A stretch of 64,000 nucleotides of DNA from Verrucomicrobiota bacterium (GTDB lineage Bacteria; Verrucomicrobiota; Verrucomicrobiia; Verrucomicrobiales; DEV007): positions 1 through 64,000 of the forward strand of contig JASFYY010000054.1 of assembly GCA_045046875.1 (NCBI GenBank). The letters are read 5' to 3'. This document shows, in pieces, positions 58,301 to 64,000 of the stretch (position 1 is its first letter; the number at the start of each line of letters is the position of its first letter). Made by a program: the position numbers and the translations under genes. The notes below the pieces were generated by a model. That model had not been told where the DNA came from, made no database searches, and worked only from the letters and a program-made list of their open reading frames with translations.

Positions 58301-60237
58301 GGATTGATAAGGGGGAATTGAGCATTGCCGATTTGGGGCCGGCAAATGTCGCTCGTTTGCGCCGTCATCCGGATGAAATGGTGGCAAGTCGAGCCAAGTT
58401 GGTGTTGGGCAGGAAGAGTCCGGAGGTCAAGGAGAAGGCCGAGCTCATCGCTAAGTTGACTGCCGAAGTTGAAAAACCCGGTGATAGAGAGAAAGGTAAA
58501 TTGCTCTTTAATGCGTGCAGTGTTTGCCATCGATTCGGCGGCACTGGGATTGAGGTCGGCCCTGCCTTGGATGGTATGGGGGCTCATGGGCCGGCGGAGT
58601 TATTGGTTCATATCCTTGACCCTAACCGTGAAGTGGATCCGAGTTTTTGGGCTCATAATATCGTGACCAAAAAAGGGGAGACGTATGTGGGTGTGATCAC
58701 TTCGGAAAATGCTGCGGCGATTACTTTGGCCACTCAGGGCGGAGTTAAGGAAATTGCCAAGAGCCAGATCGAGAAGCGTGAGAATACGCGTCGCAGTTTG
58801 ATGCCCGAAGGGTTTGAGGCTTTCGGAGCGGAAGGCTTGAGGGATTTGTTGGCTTATATCTGTGGTGATGCTGCGGAGAAATTTCGGGTTATTGATTTAT
58901 CGGCGGTTTACAATGCGGACTCGCGGGGTGGCATTTTTGCCAACAGTGGTCAGAAGGGTGGCGTATTGCAATTGCCTAAGATCGGTGACCTTACTGTGGG
59001 AGGAGTTCCGTTTTATGTTCAGCCAGCTGCCAAGAGTCGAACGGGTGCTAATCTGGTGGTATTAAAAGGTGGGCCGGGTTCGGGAAATTATAGCCAGACT
59101 TTTCCTCGTCAAGTTGAGATAGAGACCACCGTTCGAGCTAGGAAATTGCATTTGCTCAGCGGGATCGGTGGCTGGGCATACCCGGCACAAGCTGACAAGC
59201 ATCTGCCAGTGTTGCAGGTCGAGGTGCAATGTGGGGATGGAGTTGGCAAGACCTTTGTTTTGCGTAACGGGGTCGAATTTGCTGACTACATTCGCCGGGT
59301 GGACGTTCCGGGTTCGGCTTTTGTGAAAGAGCTTAGTAGTGGCACGCAAGTGAGGTGGATCACTTTGGATCTTGAGCGACCGAGGGATATTAAGAAGATT
59401 GTGCTGCGGAGTTTTGACAATCGTGTTGCTCCTGTGGTGGTTGCCATGACGGCGGATGTTGAAGGGACCGGGGCTGCTCCATTGGGGAAGAAGGTGAGTG
59501 GTGTGTCGGAGGTGAAGAAGGGGAGAGAAAAGCGTGGGGAGAAGGTTCGTCCGGTTTCCATGGCTGCGCTGAAATGGGAGCAGGGCAAGGCACGTGTGTT
59601 GTTGATTGGTGGAGGAACATCACATGAGTTCAAGAAGTTCTTTGGTGATGCGGACCGGGCGATTTTAGAGAAAGCGGGCTTTTGTGTTCAATACACTGAA
59701 GATCGGGAGCAGGCGATTCGCCACTTAGCTGAGGTGGATGTGGCGGTGATCAGTGTGAACCGCAAGGGCTTCGATTCTGCTGAATACCGCAAGGCTTTGA
59801 TGCAACGAATTGCCAGTGGTAAAGGAGTGGTGATGTTGCATCCAGGGGTGTGGTATGGTTATGCGGATTGGCCAGAGTTGAATGCGAAGGTGGTGGGTGG
59901 TGGTTCCAGAGGGCATGATAAGTTGGGCGGTTTCCAGGTTGAGCTAGTGGACACTGGACACCCGGTGGTGCGGGCAGTGTCGACGAGCTTTGAAGTGATC
60001 GACGAGTTGTATCATGTGAATGCGCAATCTCCCCCAACTGGCACCTTGCCGATCAAGGTTTTGGCGCAAACCAGTCCGAGTCAGAAGTATGGCAAACCTC
60101 ACCCTAGTGTGTGGGTGGTGGAAAACCCCGAGGCACGGATTGTGGGGATCGCTCTGGGGCATGATGAGCGTGTCCATGGGCATGCTGATTTCCAGCGCAT
60201 TTTGACGAATGCGGTGCAGTGGGTCGGGAGGAAGTGA
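55315..60237 (+). CDS. ThuA-like + PVC-type dehydrogenase propeller + HEAT + CxxCH cytochrome c + ThuA-like multidomain protein
   Basis: AAGGAGG RBS; N- and C-terminal ThuA-like domains (GGGLVVIH, DEIY/DELY, PGH/LGH); LVAAEPL..WDEKGRLWV propeller; CSVCH..VGPAL..SLMPEG. Confidence 0.88.
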   Translation: MIRKTLIFIIIGLCLLSEGFAIEPLRVFIRGGEKTHAPGAHEYPQFVKQWKILLEERGAVCEASLTFPNREQLADTDVLILHAKEAGNIEGENRSNLESFLQRGGGLVVIHAGSVSRDPDWYREVIGGSWRHGTTQFFEGHLSLYFTDRRNAITKDLSNFDLNDEIYYDMDILPEVHVLAAAYTPKLKEGKPGKGKGVNIYDIQPQIWTYEKTWQGAAESYRSFVCIPGHWQRNFDHLGIRTLLLRGIAWAGKRKNVDEFCKAEELGDALRYVQGGVPRPEKLQESLEVHPEFDLSLVAAEPLISNPLDIDWDEKGRLWVCESPEYPNGRRQTEGAAWIDSGSLSPGDYKRDALDRISILIDEDGDGVMDHKKVFADNLELATSFVFYRNGVIVSAAPDIWLFEDTDGDDVADKRTRLFSKLGNRDTHAVINNLRWGQDGWVYATHGYSASSNVTSGDGKKSFGGIGSGVVRFKADGSAFEQYASKGGNTWGLSLTTDGEVFYTQPTTGNPLVHVVLPEYVLAKGKLPGLVGTQGLLPGAKVYPAMTWEQTAYVQIDQVGGYTAGAGCVVYEGGAWPEQWKNRYFTTEATVNVVGDFLLEKNGANYRASREEGTEGSEFIRSSNLWFRPIGVRTGPDGALYVVDFCNQAIIHNDTRGPKHGPGNAAVRPDRDHYYGRIWRVQHKQAKVLPALNLARGDKAALEQAAKSPNKITRNTALRLLRENHGFAPLRVGSAAVRSYERALASRDNADIVRQAATTMDDWTLSALVAASSEPGQRALQTIELVFDAETKQGLVKFVAALMPAVAKGDAKKDANVMSLLQACAKAGQKQEPLVATVMKALSGEGFELSSFTPELKSLLKTFLQEADRSALVLPLISRWDRKGELNKEVAAVIDEMLIKIGQEGVSEDEKLAAASSLLGMIGVNDKIASALQRVMHGKGTDVFKSKLVKAMGKSDDPKVGGILVASLAELPPSQRSIVFEQVIKRKGWTNQLLDWIDKGELSIADLGPANVARLRRHPDEMVASRAKLVLGRKSPEVKEKAELIAKLTAEVEKPGDREKGKLLFNACSVCHRFGGTGIEVGPALDGMGAHGPAELLVHILDPNREVDPSFWAHNIVTKKGETYVGVITSENAAAITLATQGGVKEIAKSQIEKRENTRRSLMPEGFEAFGAEGLRDLLAYICGDAAEKFRVIDLSAVYNADSRGGIFANSGQKGGVLQLPKIGDLTVGGVPFYVQPAAKSRTGANLVVLKGGPGSGNYSQTFPRQVEIETTVRARKLHLLSGIGGWAYPAQADKHLPVLQVEVQCGDGVGKTFVLRNGVEFADYIRRVDVPGSAFVKELSSGTQVRWITLDLERPRDIKKIVLRSFDNRVAPVVVAMTADVEGTGAAPLGKKVSGVSEVKKGREKRGEKVRPVSMAALKWEQGKARVLLIGGGTSHEFKKFFGDADRAILEKAGFCVQYTEDREQAIRHLAEVDVAVISVNRKGFDSAEYRKALMQRIASGKGVVMLHPGVWYGYADWPELNAKVVGGGSRGHDKLGGFQVELVDTGHPVVRAVSTSFEVIDELYHVNAQSPPTGTLPIKVLAQTSPSQKYGKPHPSVWVVENPEARIVGIALGHDERVHGHADFQRILTNAVQWVGRK

Positions 60238-60372
60238 GGGTATTGCTTGATTTGGCTTTGTTAAGTTGGTGCTGCGTGATTTAGATGACAAAGCGAAGGT
60301 TCCGAGCTGATATTTTGTAAAAGCAAGGCTTTAGGCTTGAGCATTTTTGAATGTCGTTTAGAACAGTGAGTG

Positions 60373-61479
60373 ATGAATGAAAAATCACTGGGTCAATTGT
60401 TGTTAACGGGGGTGCCGGGCCCTGAACTGGATGCTGAAACGGCGGCGCGTTTTCGTAAATTGCAGCCGGGTGGGTTCATCCTTTTTGGGAGGAACATCAA
60501 GTCGCCCCAGCAGCTGCGCAAATTGATCGACGATCTGCGTGATTTGAGCGATACCGAGCCGTTCATCACGATCGATCAGGAGGGCGGGCGGGTGTCGCGC
60601 TTGCGTTTGATTGGTAACGAGCCGCCGAACGCCCAGGCTTTGAGGAAAAAGGGTGATCGTGAATTGATCCGACGTCACGGGGATTTGACCGGACGCATTC
60701 TGCGTACTTTTGGTTTTAATATGGATCTCTGTCCGGTGCTCGATATTTCTTTTGATGATGAAGCGGACAATTCGTTGAAGGGACGTTGTTGGGGCGAGGA
60801 TGCCAAGGAGGTGATCGATAATGCAACGGTGTTCAATCGTGCGATGAGGGGGCAAGGGGTGCTCAGTTGTGGCAAACATTTTCCGGGTTATGCGTCGGCG
60901 GAGGTGGATCCGCACCATGAGTTGCCGGTGATTGATAAAACGCTGGAGCAGATGGAGGCGGCGGAGTTGATGCCTTTCCGGGCTTTGTTGCCGGATTTGG
61001 ACAGTGTGATGACTTGTCATTCCCACTATCCGTGTTGGGATGCAGACCGACCAAGGTGGCCGGCTTCTTTGTCTAAAAACGTGATTGGCCAGTTTTTGCG
61101 TAACCAGTTGGCTTATGACGGGCTGGTGATGACCGATGATCTGGACATGGGCGCTATTTTGAATGAAGTGACTTTTGAAGAGACGATTATCGCGGCGGTG
61201 GAGGCGGGCAATGATTTGGTGATGATCTGTCACCGGGTGGAGTTGGTGGAGCAAGCGAAAGAACACCTGCAGCAGCTTGCAGATCCGATTGTATTGGATG
61301 CACTGGAAAGGATTCGGGTTGCCAAGGCTAAGATGGGGGCACCGTTGGAGTTCACGATGGAGGCTTACCGTGAGGTGGACGATGAGATTTGGGATTTGCG
61401 GGTGGATACGCTGGGAGAGGAACAGGCAAAAATACTCAGTGTGGAAGATGGGAAACGTTCACCAGTGGAGACTTATTGA
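60373..61479 (+). CDS. Glycoside hydrolase family 3, NagZ-like beta-N-acetylhexosaminidase
   Basis: ILFGRNI, IDQEGGRVSRL, KHFPGY..DPH, TDDLDMGA. Confidence 0.88.
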   Translation: MNEKSLGQLLLTGVPGPELDAETAARFRKLQPGGFILFGRNIKSPQQLRKLIDDLRDLSDTEPFITIDQEGGRVSRLRLIGNEPPNAQALRKKGDRELIRRHGDLTGRILRTFGFNMDLCPVLDISFDDEADNSLKGRCWGEDAKEVIDNATVFNRAMRGQGVLSCGKHFPGYASAEVDPHHELPVIDKTLEQMEAAELMPFRALLPDLDSVMTCHSHYPCWDADRPRWPASLSKNVIGQFLRNQLAYDGLVMTDDLDMGAILNEVTFEETIIAAVEAGNDLVMICHRVELVEQAKEHLQQLADPIVLDALERIRVAKAKMGAPLEFTMEAYREVDDEIWDLRVDTLGEEQAKILSVEDGKRSPVETY

Positions 61480-61563
61480 TTGTCCTTCCGGCGTGGAATG
61501 TTTGGACAATGGGGGCGAATGATGGCAGAACTTGAGTAGAGGAATAACAGGATAAAAATAACG

Positions 61564-62268
61564 ATGCAGGCCGAGATAGAAACATTGCTGATTGTACAAG
61601 ACCGGGATCAGAAGATTAGTGGGTGCAGTAAGCAACTGGCTCACATTCCGGATGATGAGGCTGACGCAAAAAGGCGCTTGCAGGGTGATGAGAAGGCGCT
61701 GGTTGAATGCAAGGCTGAGATTCAGGCCAATGAGATCGAGATGAAAAATCTCGAGTTGGATATCGATACTCGTAAGGAGTCCGTCGCGAGGCTGAAGGTG
61801 CAGCAGTTTGAGACCAAGAAAAATGAAGAATTTCGCGCCATGGGTGTAGAAATCGAGAGGTATGGGGATGAAGTGGCTGCGCTGGAGGATCGTGAACTTG
61901 AGTTCATGGAAATTGGCGAGCAGTTGAAAAAGAAGCTGGCCGGAGCAACTGCGGCTTTGGCGGCGACCCAGGTTTTGGTGGATGAGGAGTTGGCTGATTT
62001 GGAGAGCCGGACGGAGAATCTCAACAAGGAGTTGGCTGATTTGGAAAAGGAACGGAGCGAAATCGCGACCGGGCTTGACGAGGATATCGTGGAGGTTTTT
62101 GATCGTTTGATGAAAAATAAAAATGGCGTGGCGGTGGTGGCCCTGAAGGAAGGTCAGTGCAGTGGATGTCATGTCAGGGTGATCAGTGCCACGGTGGTGG
62201 AGGCGAAGGCGGAGAAGGGATTGACTCACTGTGAGAACTGCGGACGCATTGTGTATTTTGCGAATTAG
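61564..62268 (+). CDS. Coiled-coil protein with C4 zinc ribbon (CT398/HP0958-like)
   Basis: Long heptad region then CSGCH..CENCGRI. Confidence 0.9.
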   Translation: MQAEIETLLIVQDRDQKISGCSKQLAHIPDDEADAKRRLQGDEKALVECKAEIQANEIEMKNLELDIDTRKESVARLKVQQFETKKNEEFRAMGVEIERYGDEVAALEDRELEFMEIGEQLKKKLAGATAALAATQVLVDEELADLESRTENLNKELADLEKERSEIATGLDEDIVEVFDRLMKNKNGVAVVALKEGQCSGCHVRVISATVVEAKAEKGLTHCENCGRIVYFAN

Positions 62269-62343
62269 TGGAATAACAAATAATAAAGGGCTCACACGAA
62301 AGCACGAAAGAAGAGGAAACGGTGGGCAATTTTTCTGAAGTAG

Positions 62344-62538
62344 ATGGACTTGTGTGAGGTAGTTTGTCCGACGTGTTTTGAGGCTTTCGAGGTGGTGGGA
62401 CCTGTGATAGAAGAGAGTGACTTTCCTGTGGAACACGATTATGATTGCAGCGTTTGCTGCCGACCTATGCTGATCGTTTTTGAATGCAGCTACGAAGGTG
62501 ACAAGGTGAGTGCGAGTGCACACGGACTCGGAGATTAG
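62344..62538 (+). CDS. Small CPXCG-motif-type cysteine-rich protein
   Basis: VCPTCFE..DCSVCCRP. Confidence 0.8.
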   Translation: MDLCEVVCPTCFEAFEVVGPVIEESDFPVEHDYDCSVCCRPMLIVFECSYEGDKVSASAHGLGD

Positions 62539-62540
62539 TG

Positions 62541-63575
62541 ATGAAAAGAAAACCTTTGATTTCCATTTTATTACCTGCCCGCAATGCGGAGAAGACTTTG
62601 CCATTGGCTATTGAGTCTTGTCTGGCCCAGACCTTGCCGGATTTTGAATTGGTATTGGTGGATCATCGCTCAACGGACAAGACTTTTTCTTTGATGAAAA
62701 AGTATGTAAAACGGGATCAGAGGGTGCGGGTGGCGCGGGCGCCTGCGGGTTCGACTTTTGTGCAGGCGCTCAATTTTTGCACTCGGGAAGCGGAGGGGGA
62801 TTTATTGGTGCGGATGGATGCGGATGATTTTTCTTATGCAGATCGTTTGCAGCGTCAGGCGAGGTATATGCAGGACCATCCTGAAGTCGGGGTATGCGGA
62901 GCCTTGGTGCGGATTCGTTTGCGTCAGGCGGACATGAGTGTGGCCGATCCTTTACCGGGATATGCAGATTATGAAAAATGGTTGAATGCTCTGGTATCGC
63001 CGGAGCAGGTGGCGGCGGAGCGTTATATAGATAGCCCGATTGCTAACCCCACGGCGATGATTCGTCGTGAGGTGATGGAAAAGGCGGGCGGGTATAAAGA
63101 GGTGGAATGGGCGGAGGATTATGATTTGTGGCTGAGGATGTTGCAGTCAGGAGTGAAGATTGGCAAGGTGGAGCGTGTGTTGTTGGATTGGTATGACGGG
63201 GATACCCGGGTGACCCGCACCTCCCAGCGCTACAGTCAGGATAATTTTCTCAAGGCCAAGGCCTTTTATTTATCACGTGAGCCGGTGGTGGAGGAAAATG
63301 GGGTGTCGGTGGCAGGTGCGGGACGGATTGGTAAAAAACTGGCGCGCTGGTTGAAGGAGTTCGGAGTGAAGGTGCATTGTTTTTTTGAAGTGAACGAGCG
63401 CCAGGTGGGAAATAAAATTGGCGGTATTTTGGTGAAGGGAGAAGCTAGTATGGATGAAGCCAAGGGCACGGTGTTGATCGCGGCGGTAGGCGTGGATGGG
63501 GCGCGGGGGATTATTCGGGATCGAGCGAAGGCAGCGGGTTTTGTCGAGGGGGAGGATTTTTTCTGTGTGGCTTGA
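62541..63575 (+). CDS. Glycosyltransferase family 2
   Basis: ISILLPARN, LVDHRSTD, RMDADD, EDYDLWLR. Confidence 0.92.
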   Translation: MKRKPLISILLPARNAEKTLPLAIESCLAQTLPDFELVLVDHRSTDKTFSLMKKYVKRDQRVRVARAPAGSTFVQALNFCTREAEGDLLVRMDADDFSYADRLQRQARYMQDHPEVGVCGALVRIRLRQADMSVADPLPGYADYEKWLNALVSPEQVAAERYIDSPIANPTAMIRREVMEKAGGYKEVEWAEDYDLWLRMLQSGVKIGKVERVLLDWYDGDTRVTRTSQRYSQDNFLKAKAFYLSREPVVEENGVSVAGAGRIGKKLARWLKEFGVKVHCFFEVNERQVGNKIGGILVKGEASMDEAKGTVLIAAVGVDGARGIIRDRAKAAGFVEGEDFFCVA

Positions 63576-63616
63576 GGAAGGGGGCAGGAGATAGGATTAA
63601 GAATACAGGAGGTAAG

Positions 63617-64000
63617 ATGACTAAGTTTCGACCATGTATTGATTTGCACGAGGGCAGGGTGAAGCAGATTGTGGGGGGGACTTTGGATGCTGCCGGTGAA
63701 ACACTGCAGACTAATTTTGTCAGTGAAGAGGAGCCTGCTTATTATGCTGAGCTTTATAGCGATGATAATTTGGCCGGCGGGCATGTGATCAAGTTGGGGC
63801 CTGGGAATGAAGCGGCGGCGCGCGCGGCTTTGGCGGCGTACCCCGGGGGCTTGCAGATTGGCGGAGGTATTACGAGTGAGAATGCGTCGACTTGGCTGCA
63901 AGCGGGAGCGAGCCATGTGATTGCCACGTCGTGTCTTTTTGACCAGCAGGGCCATTTTCAAAAAAACGAGCTGGATCGCTTGGTAGCTGAGGTGGGAAAG
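63617..64000 (+). CDS. hisA: ProFAR isomerase HisA (eukaryotic HIS6-like type), 3'-truncated by the window edge
   Basis: Not in the ORF track. AGGAGG RBS, ATG 63617: MTKFRPCIDLHEGRVKQIVGGTL..GGHVIKLG..LQIGGGI..AGASHVIATS. Confidence 0.88.
   Translation, partial: MTKFRPCIDLHEGRVKQIVGGTLDAAGETLQTNFVSEEEPAYYAELYSDDNLAGGHVIKLGPGNEAAARAALAAYPGGLQIGGGITSENASTWLQAGASHVIATSCLFDQQGHFQKNELDRLVAEVGK

Noticed and set aside
60403..62604. Minus-strand ORFs of 287 and 381 aa
   Set aside because: Overlap the GH3, zinc-ribbon and Cys-rich genes on the opposite strand; no recognisable domains.
63266..63961. 231-aa minus-strand ORF
   Set aside because: Antisense to GT2 and hisA.

Overview
A 64 kb bacterial chromosomal segment. 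Gene content (PVC-type heme proteins, SHD1-like domains, PQQ-propeller protein, sulfatase, DUF1080) suggests Verrucomicrobia or the wider PVC group; this is an inference. The backbone carries the 3' part of a large repeat protein plus TolC, plsY-gpsA, a nirK(+cytochrome c)-NirV-like-SCO nitrite reductase cluster, polX, ilvB, rsmD, waaA, tRNA-Glu(TTC), tal, an isolated nuoBC, galE, a GH3 and a partial hisA. About 20 kb of accessory DNA follows tRNA-Glu (about 24.5-44.1 kb) and contains no integrase. It is subdivided by a 40-bp direct repeat and by three diverged copies of an unannotated non-coding element, each carrying the tRNA-Glu 3' octamer GGTCGCCA (one mismatch in copy 3); in copies 1 and 2 the octamer lies in the loop of a conserved hairpin. 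The segments hold an IclR-led catabolic operon (IolD-like TPP enzyme, ALDH, IlvD/Edd dehydratase, cytochrome c dehydrogenase, sulfatase, DUF1080), a DUF433/PIN TA pair with a frameshifted toxin, a lipoprotein plus His/Cys enzyme pair, and an SGNH gene whose catalytic DxxH lies beyond an in-frame stop. Other oddities: a signal peptidase I homologue lacking both catalytic residues and a Tat-signal-bearing deaminase. No CRISPR array, rRNA or intact transposase was seen. All calls come from reading motifs by eye; no searches were run.
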